Shown: positions 11,327-22,117, counted from the stretch's first letter. The stretch: DNA of 64,000 nt from Deltaproteobacteria bacterium (GCA_034670305.1 JAXMNT010000003.1:160001-224000), one strand, 5' to 3'. The notes: generated by a model from the letters alone, not told the origin. Program-made: numbers and translations.

Positions 11327-14191
11327 TTAACGGGTGGAGATGGTCAGCACGCGATCCAGGTCCGTTGCCCACCGACGTCCGGCGTCTGCCGCAGAGGTCG
11401 GCGTGCGCCACACCGTGGCGTCCCAGAGCCGCGTGGTTCCATCCCACGAAGCCGAGCGCAGGCCGCCGTCCTCGAACGCCACGAACGAGACCCGCCGCCG
11501 ATGCGCGCGGAGGGTTGCGATCCGTTCCCCACCGATGCTTCGAACCTCGACGCGCCCATCCTCGAACCCGAGCGCCACCACCTCCGCGTCGCCGTCGACC
11601 GCAATGTCCAGCGGCGTGCCGTCGAGCACCGCCACCAACGTCGCCTCTCCAGACGCAACGACCCGGCGCAGCTCGAACGATGTGACGACCCACGCCTCCC
11701 GGTCACCCAAGGGCGCCACCGCAAGCGCACCGGGCTGGCTGCCCATGCGCTCGCTCGTCCCATCCGAACGCACGCGAACCAACGTGCCGTCGAGACCAAC
11801 CGCCCAGACGAACGCTCCGTTGTCGGTGGCCGCAAGATCGAGCGCGGGCGCGGCCTCGATCGCCTCGCGGGCGCCGCCCCTGGACCACAGACCGAAGTCG
11901 GGCCCGTAACCCAAGGTCAGCAAACGTCCGTCCGCGAAGTAGGCGAGACGCCGAAGCGCGCGCGATTCCTCGAATCCGGCCACCCGCTCGAACGTGTGGC
12001 GGTCGAACACCCGCAGTCCGTCGCCCGCGTTGGCCAGCGCCACCGCGATGTGGCGCCCGTCCGGCGACACCGCGACCGCCTTGAGCGCACAGCCCTCGCA
12101 GATCTGGAGGTCGCGGCGCCCGGTCGTTTCCAGGACGCTGAGGATGCCGTCGCCGCGGGCCGCGAGGGTGAGCCCTGGCGCGTCGCCAATCGCAGTCAGC
12201 CCCTCGGGCAGCTGATGCTGGCGCGCCACTCCGAACCCATCCACCGCCAGCGTCTCGACCCCGTCTCGCGAGGCCAGCGTCAGCGAGTCGTCCCCCGCGT
12301 CCAGGATGCGCACCACCCGCTGCGGAAGTCGGAAGAGCACCCCGCCCGACCGGTCGCTCACGCGCACGCTGCCGTATTCTCCCCGCGAAAGGATGGCGTC
12401 CTGAAAGAAGCGCAGCTCGCGGATGCGGCTCGCCGGTTCCGAGAACTGCAGGAGCGGCGGACCGGCGTCCCCGATCCGATGCAACGTCACCCGACCATCG
12501 AGATCTCCCACCGCGAGCCGTCCGGTCGGCAAGTCGAGCGCCAGCGCCGAGATCCGAGCGGTGCCCGGCGACCGGCACGCCACCGCCGAGACCCGTTCGA
12601 ACGATTCGTCGAGCTGCACGACCTCTCCGTTCGGACACCCCACCACGACGACGTCCGCCGCCGCCGTCAACGTCTGAACGTTGTCTTCACCACATGGCTT
12701 TCGAAGCTGCAGCTCCGACTCGCTCCAGCGGTACAGCGTGGTGGACGAAGCAAAGATCACCCGTTCGTCGGGAGCCCGGCCCACGACGAACACCGGAAGC
12801 AGCCGCGACACGACGAGCCCCTCCGCGACCGTGCGACCATCCCGCGCAGCCACGATCGTGAGCTCGTCTTCGATCGTCGACCACGCCGCCCACTGCTGGC
12901 CGAGTGCGCCCTGGGCGGCCGGCCCCTGACGTTCCCAGCCGACCGCGTCTCCGCCCCACAGCCCCACCGTTGCACCGTCTGCGCACAGCACCTGCGCGCC
13001 CTGGGTCGCGAGCGGATGCGAGCACGACGACCCACGCGCCCAGCGCAAGTCGGGGGACGGAAGCGCGGCCAACACCCCACGCGCAACCGGAGAATCCCGG
13101 CGCGAGAGCGCGTGACTCGCGAGCACCTGCGCCTCGGGCCAGGCGCCCCGCTCGTATGCAAGCACCGACTGGCTCTCGAGCAACGACGCGACCGAACGCT
13201 CCGCATCCTGAAGCGCCGCTTGCGCTTGTGCTTCGGCGTCCACCGCCCTCCCCCGCTCGCGCGAGAGCCGCACGCCCGCGACGCCGACTCCCATCGCAAG
13301 CAGCAGGAGGAAGAGCGCCGCGAGCGAAAGCGGCAAACGGAACGCGCGCAGGAAGCGGGCGGCGACCTCGCGGCCCGAGTACGCGTACGCCGCCACCCGG
13401 CGTCCCTCGAGGTACGCCTCGAGGTCGCGCGCGAGCGGTTCGGCCGTGGCGTAGCGTTCCCCGCGCGGCGAAGTGGCCTTCGCGACGACGGCACCAAGCT
13501 CCGCTGGCGGATCAGGATGCACTTCTCGCAGCACGACGCCGAGTGCGTGCACGTCGTCGTCCGGCTGCGCGCGCTGACCGGCCAGCTGCTCCGGGCTGCT
13601 GTAGCCGGGGGTCCCGTCGCCCGGGCAGCCCGCGTCGTTCACCGACACCGCGAGTCCCCAGTCGACGACCAGCACCTCACCGAAGTCGCCCACCATCAGG
13701 TTCGCGGGTTTCAGATCGCGGTGCACCACCCCGCGTGAATGGGCATAAGCGACCGCCTCGCACGCGGACAAGAACGCGCGCAGCAACGGACTTCGTTCGT
13801 GCGCCGGGGTCGACTCCAGCACCGACGCGAGCGAGCGGCCTCGAACGAGCCGCATCGCGTAGAAGGGCAGCCCCTCTTCGTCGAGACCCGCGTCGTAGAT
13901 CGGCACGATGCCGGGATGTTCGAGGCCCGCCGTGATGCGGGCTTCACGGGCGAGTCGTGCCCGAAGCGCAGGGTCGCCATGCGGGAGCACACGCTTGATC
14001 GCCACCTCCCGGTCGAGCCGTCGATCGACCGACGCATGCACCACACCCATGCCGCCTTCGCCGAGCGCAGGTCCCTCTTCGTACCGATCCGCTTCCTGCG
14101 TCCCGAAGTCCGACTTCTCGGTGTCCGCGCTCGGCGCACCGCCCGTGTCCGCGACACTGAGGCCAGCCACGGAGCGGTCGCGGCGCGCCAT
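11327..14191 (-). CDS. Ser/Thr protein kinase with TM segment and WD40-like beta-propeller
   Basis: LGEGGMGVV, VAIK, HRDLKPAN, DWGLA, GTPGY..PEQ; SASWDGTTRLWD; start overlaps the FHA gene stop (TGATG). Confidence 0.9.
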   Translation of the reverse strand: MARRDRSVAGLSVADTGGAPSADTEKSDFGTQEADRYEEGPALGEGGMGVVHASVDRRLDREVAIKRVLPHGDPALRARLAREARITAGLEHPGIVPIYDAGLDEEGLPFYAMRLVRGRSLASVLESTPAHERSPLLRAFLSACEAVAYAHSRGVVHRDLKPANLMVGDFGEVLVVDWGLAVSVNDAGCPGDGTPGYSSPEQLAGQRAQPDDDVHALGVVLREVHPDPPAELGAVVAKATSPRGERYATAEPLARDLEAYLEGRRVAAYAYSGREVAARFLRAFRLPLSLAALFLLLLAMGVGVAGVRLSRERGRAVDAEAQAQAALQDAERSVASLLESQSVLAYERGAWPEAQVLASHALSRRDSPVARGVLAALPSPDLRWARGSSCSHPLATQGAQVLCADGATVGLWGGDAVGWERQGPAAQGALGQQWAAWSTIEDELTIVAARDGRTVAEGLVVSRLLPVFVVGRAPDERVIFASSTTLYRWSESELQLRKPCGEDNVQTLTAAADVVVVGCPNGEVVQLDESFERVSAVACRSPGTARISALALDLPTGRLAVGDLDGRVTLHRIGDAGPPLLQFSEPASRIRELRFFQDAILSRGEYGSVRVSDRSGGVLFRLPQRVVRILDAGDDSLTLASRDGVETLAVDGFGVARQHQLPEGLTAIGDAPGLTLAARGDGILSVLETTGRRDLQICEGCALKAVAVSPDGRHIAVALANAGDGLRVFDRHTFERVAGFEESRALRRLAYFADGRLLTLGYGPDFGLWSRGGAREAIEAAPALDLAATDNGAFVWAVGLDGTLVRVRSDGTSERMGSQPGALAVAPLGDREAWVVTSFELRRVVASGEATLVAVLDGTPLDIAVDGDAEVVALGFEDGRVEVRSIGGERIATLRAHRRRVSFVAFEDGGLRSASWDGTTRLWDATVWRTPTSAADAGRRWATDLDRVLTISTR

Positions 14192-15099
14192 CAGGTGCGG
14201 TCCTCGACTTCGTCCGCTTCCCCGAGCGAGAGCACGACCTGACCCACGCCATCCATGGACACCAAGTCCTGGCGAATGCCCGCGGCGCGCAGCTTCTTGC
14301 GCAACCGGTTGAGCGCCACGTCCCACCGCGGCCGCAAGTCGGGTCCCGCGTCGTCCCCCTTCCAGACCTCGCCCGCGACGGTGAGCCAGTGCGCCGAGCC
14401 ACCGAGCGAGACCAGTTCGCTGACGATGCGCGCAGCGAGTCCGCCGAGCAGCACGGAGGGGTGTCCGGCGCGCACGATCTCGGCGACGTCCCACGACGCG
14501 ATGATGCGCAGCGGTTCGCCGATCGCGCCTTCCGCCCGCGTCGCCAGCACCGGCCCCGTCGTCGGGAGTGCCACCAGTGTGAACGAGACGTCGTCCACGC
14601 GGAACGCGTGCCCTGCCTCGACCACCACCGCGTCCGCCTCGGCGACCCGCAACTTCCAAACGTCCCCCGACCACCACAGATGCGCAGCCGCTTCGGGCAC
14701 GAACCGCGAGAGCACGCGCGGCCCCGTCGGATGACGGACCACGCTCGCCACAGCGGCGAGCAAGCGCACCCCGAGTCCCTCCGCCTGAAGTCCGAGGACC
14801 CGTTCGGGCACGTCGACCCGCACGACCTTGACGATCAGACCGTCCGCGAACCCGAGCTCGAGCCCTGCGCAGAGCGGCACCTCCCGCATCGGCTGCCCGT
14901 TCACTGCGACCAATCGCCGAAGCGACAAGAGCACGAGCTGGCCGCCCCGCAGGCTGACCATCGCATGCGCCTCGCTCACCCGCGGGTCGTCTAGAAACAC
15001 CGCCGCCTTGTCGAGCCGCCCGATGAGATCGCCATGGACGACCACGACCCGCTCGCCACCCGGCAGCTCCAACTCAGCGCTCGCCCGCACACCGCACAC
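14191..15099 (-). CDS. FHA-domain protein with C-terminal winged-HTH-like region
   Basis: LIGR...DPRVSEAHA FHA motif; C-terminal EVW...WDVALNRLRKKL resembles OmpR-type wHTH. Confidence 0.8.
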   Translation of the reverse strand: MCGVRASAELELPGGERVVVVHGDLIGRLDKAAVFLDDPRVSEAHAMVSLRGGQLVLLSLRRLVAVNGQPMREVPLCAGLELGFADGLIVKVVRVDVPERVLGLQAEGLGVRLLAAVASVVRHPTGPRVLSRFVPEAAAHLWWSGDVWKLRVAEADAVVVEAGHAFRVDDVSFTLVALPTTGPVLATRAEGAIGEPLRIIASWDVAEIVRAGHPSVLLGGLAARIVSELVSLGGSAHWLTVAGEVWKGDDAGPDLRPRWDVALNRLRKKLRAAGIRQDLVSMDGVGQVVLSLGEADEVEDRT

Positions 15100-15259
15100 T
15101 AGAACGCATCCCCGGTACGACCGCCAGCGATGTCGGGTGTCTCCCGCCGGCGCCCTTCCCTCCAGGTCCGACGCGCACCGTGGATCTAGGGGTGGCTGCC
15201 TCGCCGTGGGTCACTAGAGTGCGCTTGGTGCCTCCTCCCCAGACAGAAACCCGAGACGC

Positions 15260-16075
15260 GTGACCTACGTCTACTGGTTGGCGGGGCTCTCGGTGATCTT
15301 CGTCGTGATCGAACGGCTGAAGCCGCGCCAACCGGACCCCGGGATCCTGCGACCGCAGATCCTGACCGACCTCTTCTACCTGGTCTTCAACGGACACTTC
15401 CTCGGCGTGCTGATCGCCACGCTTGCCGCCCCGCTCCTCGTGCGACTCGACGCCAGCTTGACCAGCTGGGACCTGTACGGTTGGTTTTACTTCGGGCTCG
15501 CCGAGGACTGGCCGCTCTGGGCGCAGATCCCCGTCGCGCTGGTTGGCATCGACTTCCTGCACTGGAACATCCACCGGATGCTGCACGCGGTGCCGTGGCT
15601 CTGGAACCTGCACAAGGTCCACCACAGCGCGCCGCACCTCGACTTCATCGTCAGCCTGCGTTTTCACTGGGCCGAGATCGTCGTCTACAAATCGTTGACC
15701 TACCCGCTGCTCGCGCTGCTCGGATTCAGCGGCGAAGCCCTCTTCGCGCTCGCGGTCATCAACACCGCCGTCGGTCACTTCAACCACGCCAACCTCGACG
15801 TGCACATCGGCCCGTTGAAGTACGTGCTCAACAACCCCGCGATGCACGTCTGGCACCACGTCCACCCAGACCACGGCCCGCTGCACTGCAACTTCGGCAT
15901 CACGCTCAGCCTGTGGGACTGGATCTTCGGCACCGCCCACATGCCGGACCACCACCCGGCCCGGCTCGGCTTCGAACACATCGAAGACTTCCCGACCACC
16001 CCGCCTGGGCAACTGCTGCTCCCACTCCCGATCGAAGCCGCGATCCGCAAGCGCCGCCAACCGGAAACGCCCTAG
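15260..16075 (+). CDS. sterol desaturase / fatty acid hydroxylase family protein
   Basis: His boxes HRMLH, HKVHHS, HFNHAN, HVWHH; NFG..LSLWDWIFGT. Confidence 0.92.
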   Translation: MTYVYWLAGLSVIFVVIERLKPRQPDPGILRPQILTDLFYLVFNGHFLGVLIATLAAPLLVRLDASLTSWDLYGWFYFGLAEDWPLWAQIPVALVGIDFLHWNIHRMLHAVPWLWNLHKVHHSAPHLDFIVSLRFHWAEIVVYKSLTYPLLALLGFSGEALFALAVINTAVGHFNHANLDVHIGPLKYVLNNPAMHVWHHVHPDHGPLHCNFGITLSLWDWIFGTAHMPDHHPARLGFEHIEDFPTTPPGQLLLPLPIEAAIRKRRQPETP

Positions 16076-16587
16076 ACGTCCTTTGTGAAGAGCATCCAGA
16101 TGGCGACGCCGCCGAAGCAGAGCGCGACCATCGGACGATCGAGCAGGAAGAAGAAGGCGACGCCGAACAGCCCGAACATCGCGGCGATCGGGAGGCGGTG
16201 TTTCAACTCAAGCGGCTCCCGCATCGCCCTTCGGCCCGCGAGGTCGTCCGCGTGGGCGTGGTCGCGGGGGTGCGAGAGCTTCAGGAGGAACGGCACGTCG
16301 TCGTCGGTGAAGAGCGGCGTGACCGTGGCGCCTTGGGCCAAGTGGTCGACCACCATGCCGTCGACGTGGAGCCGGTGGTCCAGTTCGCCCACGCTTCGCC
16401 CGCGCCCGCCTTTGAGCTTGAGCGCGCAACGAAGCGTGTCTCCCTCACGGGTGGTGACGGTGAACGGGAGTTCGTCGCCCGAGGTGAGCGCGCGCAGGTC
16501 CCCCCGGTCGAGCCGGAGCGCGACGTGCGACATGCCTTCTCCGTGTTCGACTTCGAGCTGCACGACGCCGAGAATGACACGACCCAC
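16072..16587 (-). CDS. hypothetical membrane protein (two C-terminal TM helices)
   Basis: 3' part of the 16072..17937 ORF has coding-like composition and a hydrophobic hairpin; start uncertain (16587 GTG or 16533 ATG). Confidence 0.6.
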   Translation of the reverse strand: MGRVILGVVQLEVEHGEGMSHVALRLDRGDLRALTSGDELPFTVTTREGDTLRCALKLKGGRGRSVGELDHRLHVDGMVVDHLAQGATVTPLFTDDDVPFLLKLSHPRDHAHADDLAGRRAMREPLELKHRLPIAAMFGLFGVAFFFLLDRPMVALCFGGVAIWMLFTKDV

Positions 16588-16607
16588 GCCGGGTCTGCAT
16601 CCCAGCG

Positions 16608-17537
16608 TCAGTCGTTGACGACGTGGGGGCGTTCGCCCTTTTCGAAGAACGCGATGATCTGACGCGCGGCCGCCGTCGCAGCGTTGGTGTTCGCCTCTTC
16701 GGTCTGGGCGCCCATCTTCTTCGGGGTGCGGAAGAACCGCGGGCCGAAGGCATCGAACGCAGCGAGGTGTTCGTCGCTTGGGCTGATGTCGGTGAGGTAG
16801 GCGAGGTCGTCCCGCTCCGCCAGGGCTTCGAGCAGGCCGGGCTCGTCGATGACTTCCGCGCGGGCCGTGTTGATGAGCACGCCGCCCACCGGCATCGAGA
16901 GCATGAGCGCCTTGCCGATCGACTTCACCGTCTGCTGGGTCGCGGGAATGTGCAGCGAGAGGTAGTGGGAGCGCGCGTAGAGATCTTCGGCGCTCGTGGT
17001 CGGGGTCGCACCGAGCGCTTCGATGTCCTCCGGCGAGACGAACGGGTCGAACGCGAGCACGTCCATGCCGAAGCCATTCGCGACGCGCAGCACGTTCTTG
17101 CCCACGTTGCCGATCGCATGGATGCCGAGGGTCTTGCCCTTGAGCTCCGTGCCCGACTTGCCGTCGAAACGGCCGCGCGCCTGCATCACCATCAAACCGA
17201 ACACGAGCTCCGCGACCGCGTTCGAGTTCTGGCCCGGTGTGTTCATCACCGCGACGCCCCGTTCTTTGGCGGCGGCACAGTCGACGTTGTCGTAGCCGGC
17301 GCCGGCCCGCACCACGAGCTTCAGCGAGGCGCCCGCTTCGAGCACGCCTCGGTGGATCTTGTCGCTGCGAATGATGATCGCGTCCGCCTCGGCGACCGCG
17401 CCGAGCAAGTCCGATTCGGAACCGTACGACTCGAGCACCCGGACGGTGTAGCCAGCGTTCTCGAGGATGGCGGTGGCCTGGTCCTTGGCGTCGGGGGAGA
17501 AGGGCTTTTCGGTGGCGATGAAGATGGTCTTGGACAC
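16608..17537 (-). CDS. serA: D-3-phosphoglycerate dehydrogenase-like 2-hydroxyacid dehydrogenase (short form, no ACT domain)
   Basis: VRAGAGYDNVD, MNTPGQNSNAVAE, INTARAEVIDE, GAQTEEA. Confidence 0.82.
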   Translation of the reverse strand: MSKTIFIATEKPFSPDAKDQATAILENAGYTVRVLESYGSESDLLGAVAEADAIIIRSDKIHRGVLEAGASLKLVVRAGAGYDNVDCAAAKERGVAVMNTPGQNSNAVAELVFGLMVMQARGRFDGKSGTELKGKTLGIHAIGNVGKNVLRVANGFGMDVLAFDPFVSPEDIEALGATPTTSAEDLYARSHYLSLHIPATQQTVKSIGKALMLSMPVGGVLINTARAEVIDEPGLLEALAERDDLAYLTDISPSDEHLAAFDAFGPRFFRTPKKMGAQTEEANTNAATAAARQIIAFFEKGERPHVVND

Positions 17538-17686
17538 GTAGAACTCCGTGGGTGAGCCGGAGGTCTAGCAGGCTCGCGCCAAAGTCCCAGGATCCGATCC
17601 ACGCATCCGAACCGATGGTTGCGGGCCCCGCAGCAACCATTCCAATGCAAACGGCAGATGGTCGGTCAGCTGTCGTACAAGGGGGC

Positions 17687-18457
17687 ATGGCATCGAAGAA
17701 GCGGGCTCGGCGGGTCGAGGCACACGGCGACAGCCACCTGGTCTCGTTGGACATGGACGCACTCACCGAAGACGAACGGGATGCGCTGCCACCTGCGCTC
17801 GCGGAGGCGTTCGCGTGGTGGACGGACGCGCACGCGTCGCGCTTCGACACACTCCCGGAGACGCTCGCGTGGGCACGAGACGCGCTGCGCGGTCGCCGAG
17901 TCGCGATCGAGCGTCTCTGCTTCAACGGTGACCGCATCTACTGGGCGCTGCGTCTGGTCCCGCACGGAGACCTGGCTGCGTTCTTCGAACTTCCGGTGGC
18001 CGGTTCGATCGGGCGGTCGTGCATTGGCGGCACCGGGTTGTGTCTCCCGGACGATGACGCGTTGGGCAAGATGCCACCCGCACTCGCGTGGCTCGCGAAG
18101 GCGTTCGGCACCGCCAACCTCACCAGCGAGACCAGTGGCACCGCACCGTGGGGATGGTCGCTCGGGGACGCGGTCGATCAACGTTTCGGGCTCTTCGGCA
18201 TCGACGACGACATCGTGTCGCAGCTGCCTTCGGGGCACCGCGACTGGAAGCTCGTCTACGAGATCGACGGCGACGCGGTCGCGATCGACCCAGAGGGCCA
18301 AGCGCACTGGCTCGGTTGGGAATGGACGGGACAACTCGTGACGCCGCTCGGACTGGACGCCACCGCCGTCACCCACTTCGTGTTCTGGCGGCTGCTGGAA
18401 GGCGGCTGCGTGCGGCCATCTGACCTGGCGATGCTGCGCGCCGCGACCACGCGCTGA
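17687..18457 (+). CDS. hypothetical protein, possibly SMI1/KNR4-like immunity fold
   Basis: ATG 17687 after GGGGG; C-terminal WKLVYEIDGDAVAIDPEGQAHWLGWE is reminiscent of SUKH-family strands. Confidence 0.5.
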   Translation: MASKKRARRVEAHGDSHLVSLDMDALTEDERDALPPALAEAFAWWTDAHASRFDTLPETLAWARDALRGRRVAIERLCFNGDRIYWALRLVPHGDLAAFFELPVAGSIGRSCIGGTGLCLPDDDALGKMPPALAWLAKAFGTANLTSETSGTAPWGWSLGDAVDQRFGLFGIDDDIVSQLPSGHRDWKLVYEIDGDAVAIDPEGQAHWLGWEWTGQLVTPLGLDATAVTHFVFWRLLEGGCVRPSDLAMLRAATTR

Positions 18458-18561
18458 GCGACCTCCTCAGAAGACGCGGTACTCGCGCAGGCCGAGCAAC
18501 CAGCGGTGCCCGGACCATTCGCCGTCGTGGAGTGCCGTGATCGGGTGGTACGATTTGCTCG

Positions 18562-20703
18562 ATGAAACGGTCGTTCTGCTTGGTCCTCATGTGTTTGCTG
18601 TTCGCGTGTGGGGACGACCCCGCTGGAGGAGACGACGGGGGAACGGGCATGTGCGCGTCGAACCTCGAGTGCAGCGACGGGCTCTTCTGCAATGGCATCG
18701 AGCGGTGTGCGCCCACCGACGACAGCGCCGACGTGCGTGGCTGCATCCCGGGCCCGCCGCCCTGCGCGGCTGGACAGACCTGCGACGCCGTGGAGTCGCG
18801 CTGTGTCACGACCTGCACGACGACCGAAGACGCGGATGGCGACGGGGTCGATGCGATGGAGTGTGGGGGCGCGGATTGCGACGACTCCGACGCGAACCGG
18901 TTCCCGGGCAACGAAGAAGTCTGCGATGCGGAGGGCCACGACGAAGACTGCGATGCGTCGACGCTGGGCGACCGAGATGCCGATGAAGACGGTGTGCTGG
19001 ATGCGATGTGCTGCAATGGGGCGGCCTGCGGCGGCGATTGCGACGATTCGGACCCGTCCGTAGGCCCGACTTCGATCGAGGTCTGCAACGGCACCGACGA
19101 CGACTGCGACGGGCGCTCCGACGAAGGTGTGCTGCGCGCGTTCCGGCCTGACAGCGACGGCGACGGATTCGGTGACCGCGAGGGCGACGTTCGGCTGCTG
19201 TGCGCCGCGGAGGAGGGCTTCGTGGAGAACGCGCTCGACTGCGACGACGGCGATCGCGCGGTGAACCCGACCCGCGCCGAAGTCTGCAACGGAACCGACG
19301 ACAACTGCGACGGCGAGACGGACGAAGAGCCGGCGGTCGCGGTGGCGTGTGCCGCCACGTTCGGATCCCCGCCGAACACACGCTTTGGCTGCGAGGCCGA
19401 CGCCTGCGTCGCCCAGTGCGAGGGCATGCACTTCGACTGCAACGACGAACTCAGCGACGGATGCGAGACCGACGTCACCACCGACGTCGAGTCCTGTGGC
19501 AGCTGTGGCAACTCCTGCGGCGTCGGCGGAGTCTGCACCGACGGAGTCTGCGATCAGATCGTCTCGATCGCGGGCGGCGCCCGGCACACGTGCGCGATCC
19601 GAAGCACCGGCGTGGCGGTGTGTTGGGGACGCAACGACCAGGGGCAGCTCGGAGACGGCACGACGGTCGAGCGGACGACACCGGTCCAGGTCGTGGGTTT
19701 GGTGGGCGCGCTGGAGATCGACACCTCGTTCGGAAACTTCCCAGGGGCGCAGCGGTTCAGTTGCGCGCGCACCGACTCGGTCGTGTGGTGCTGGGGTGGC
19801 AACGAACAAGGACAGCTTGGCAACGGCGACACCATCGGGTTCTCCCCACGCCCGGAAGTCGTGGTGGACTTGCCGGGCATCGGGTTCATCGACCGAACCC
19901 TCCTGCAACCGTCGCTCTCGGTCGGCTCGGCGCATACCTGCGCGAACGAGTTCGACGTCGAAGGCATGCCGCCGCTCCGGGACACCCGCTGCTGGGGTCG
20001 GAACTTCGCCAACGCGATCGCGAGCTTTGGCAGCGAGTTCACGAGCCCGCAGAACGCCCTTGGCTACCCGAACGCCACGTTCGACGTTTCCGTCGCTGCG
20101 GGGGAGGGCCACACCTGCGCCGCGTTCACCAACGGTGGGGCGCGCAGGGTGCGCTGCCGGGGTTCGAACGCCGGGCTGGCCCAAGGCACCGGAGGCGACA
20201 TGACGGTCGGTCTCGACGTGCTCGACGCTGGTGTCAACTTCACCTGCGGCATCGAGCGTCCGAGCGGCGCGGCCGTGCCCTCACCGGGACCGGTCCGGTG
20301 CTGGGGAGAGAACGGCAGCGGCAACCTCGGCAGCGGAAACACCACCGACCGAGCCTCGCCCGAGCGGGTGCTGGGCGTGCTCGGGGACGGACCGCTCGAC
20401 GACGTCGTCGACCTCGCCACCGGCAGTTCGTTCGCATGCGCCGTCCGCGCGACCGGTCAGGTCGTCTGCTGGGGCAACAACTCGTTCGGACAAATGGCCG
20501 ATGGCACCACCACCACCGCGCGCCGACCGGTCGTGATCCCCGGCATCGACGACGCGATCGCGGTGGGCGCCGGGTTCTCCCACGCATGCGCGGCGCGGGC
20601 CTCCGGCCGGGTGACCTGCTGGGGATCCAACCGCCACGGAGAACTCGGTCGCGGCACCACCGGCGGAGCCCGCGAACTCCCCGCGAACGTCGTGGGGCTC
20701 TGA
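18562..20703 (+). CDS. lipoprotein with Cys/Asp metal-binding repeats and RCC1 repeats
   Basis: LLFAC lipobox; DCDD...PG..EVCNGxDDxCDG repeats; HTCA...CWGxNxxGQLG RCC1 repeats. Confidence 0.88.
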   Translation: MKRSFCLVLMCLLFACGDDPAGGDDGGTGMCASNLECSDGLFCNGIERCAPTDDSADVRGCIPGPPPCAAGQTCDAVESRCVTTCTTTEDADGDGVDAMECGGADCDDSDANRFPGNEEVCDAEGHDEDCDASTLGDRDADEDGVLDAMCCNGAACGGDCDDSDPSVGPTSIEVCNGTDDDCDGRSDEGVLRAFRPDSDGDGFGDREGDVRLLCAAEEGFVENALDCDDGDRAVNPTRAEVCNGTDDNCDGETDEEPAVAVACAATFGSPPNTRFGCEADACVAQCEGMHFDCNDELSDGCETDVTTDVESCGSCGNSCGVGGVCTDGVCDQIVSIAGGARHTCAIRSTGVAVCWGRNDQGQLGDGTTVERTTPVQVVGLVGALEIDTSFGNFPGAQRFSCARTDSVVWCWGGNEQGQLGNGDTIGFSPRPEVVVDLPGIGFIDRTLLQPSLSVGSAHTCANEFDVEGMPPLRDTRCWGRNFANAIASFGSEFTSPQNALGYPNATFDVSVAAGEGHTCAAFTNGGARRVRCRGSNAGLAQGTGGDMTVGLDVLDAGVNFTCGIERPSGAAVPSPGPVRCWGENGSGNLGSGNTTDRASPERVLGVLGDGPLDDVVDLATGSSFACAVRATGQVVCWGNNSFGQMADGTTTTARRPVVIPGIDDAIAVGAGFSHACAARASGRVTCWGSNRHGELGRGTTGGARELPANVVGL

Positions 20704-20733
20704 GCGACCACAGCGCGCACGTGGCTCAGGAGT

Positions 20734-21298
20734 TCATTCGCTGGAAGGACCAATGGTCCAGCTCGACTCGCGCGTGCGCAGCAGTCGCTGGCTGAGCTCG
20801 TAGGCGAGGTCGATCGATGGGAGCGCGTCCAGCTCGAGGCCATCGAACGCGCGGGCGGGGAACATGGTCAGCACGACCTCGGCTGTGTCCGAATCGAGCG
20901 CCTCGTCAAAGGCGCCCCCCGCGAGAGGAGCCACGTCGGTGACGCCGAACGGATGCTCGGCGGCGAAGGCGACCACTTCGATCGAACCCGGCGCGCGGTA
21001 CCAGCCGACGACCGAGGCGACGACTTGGTCCCGCCCGGTCCCGTGCACGCTGAACACCTCGCAATAGAGGCTGCCGCTGGTGGCGGAGACGCCGTGCGAC
21101 ACGTCGTCCTCGACCATCAGGTCGTCGAAGCTGCCCGGCTCGACCACCGAGAGGTCGTGTTCGTAGCTGGCACCGTGCGCCTGCGCGTGCCCTGGCCCGA
21201 GGTCGAACAGTCGGCCCCCATCGAATCGCCGCGCATAGGGCTGCGCCGAACCAGGCGATGCGCCTCGCAGAGCCGCGCCTCTTCGTCGGACCGGACAT
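20734..21298 (-). pseudogene. probable frameshifted secreted protein
   Basis: ATG 21298 opens a signal-peptide-like MSGPTKRRGSARRIAWFGAALCAA; the coding-like body (FDLGPGH...VVEPGSFDD...) continues in another frame. Confidence 0.4.
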
Positions 21299-21300
21299 GT

Positions 21301-21676
21301 CTACGGGCGCGGCGGCGGGCCCATGCCCATGTCCAGCCGGGTGTAGGTATCGTCGGTCGCCATCGCGGTCGGCGCGTCGCGGTAGCAGCCGTTGACGTAG
21401 GGGAACGTCGGCGTGCCGACGTAGGTGTAGCCGTCGGCGGTCTCCACGCCGTTGCAACGGTCGAGGTAGACGTAGCCGTCGTCCTCGAGTGTGTCGCCGT
21501 GTTCGCGGTAGGCGTGCGAACACCACGCGTAGTCGGGGGACACGCAGCGGTTCTGGAGCGCGACGGAGTCGCCGTCTTCCACGAGCAGGGGGTGGCAGTG
21601 GAGTCGACAGAGACCACCACCGGGACAGCAGTCGGCGGCGCTGTCGCACGCCATCAGCTCCCGGCTGAAGTAACTC
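21301..21676 (-). pseudogene. 3' remnant of a YHYH-domain protein
   Basis: SY...YLDRCNG..TADGYTYVGTPTFPYVNGCYR matches YHYH C-terminal motifs; sequence upstream of ~21676 is the antisense of the sigma gene. Confidence 0.65.
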
Positions 21677-22117
21677 GCTGTCGCGCTCTCGATCGTTCGG
21701 CGGCCAACCGACGCCGAAGACGTCGCGCAGGACGCCCTGATCAAGGCGCTCGCGAAGATCGATACCTGCCACTCTCCCGAGAAGTTCGAGGCCTGGCTGA
21801 TGCAGATCGTGCGCAACCACGCGCGCAACTGGCTCGACCGGCGCCGGCTCCGGGACGTCCCACGTTTCGAAGCACACGAAGCCGCCGAAGCAGGTGGCGG
21901 GCACCGCGCGACCGACCGACTGGCGACCCGCCGGCAGCTCGCCGACGCGCTCACCCAGCTGACCGAGACCCAGCGCGCCGTGGTCTTGCTGCACGACCTC
22001 GAGGGATACACCCACCCGGAGATCGCGCATGCGCTCGATCTGACGGTGGTCAACTCCCGTCAGCATTTGTTCGTCGCGCGTGGAAAGCTGCGCGCACACC
22101 TCGGAGACCCAGCGTGA
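21674..22117 (+). pseudogene. 5'-truncated ECF RNA polymerase sigma factor
   Basis: LAVALSIVRRPTDAEDVAQDAL...FEAWLMQIVRN (region 2) and LTETQRAVVLLHDLEGYTHPEIA (region 4); in-frame TAA at 21671 and no start codon for region 2. Confidence 0.8.

Noticed and set aside
10259-13738. 1159-aa plus-strand ORF and similar long Arg/Ala/Pro-rich ORFs
   Set aside because: Antisense shadows of real genes in high-GC DNA, with no motifs
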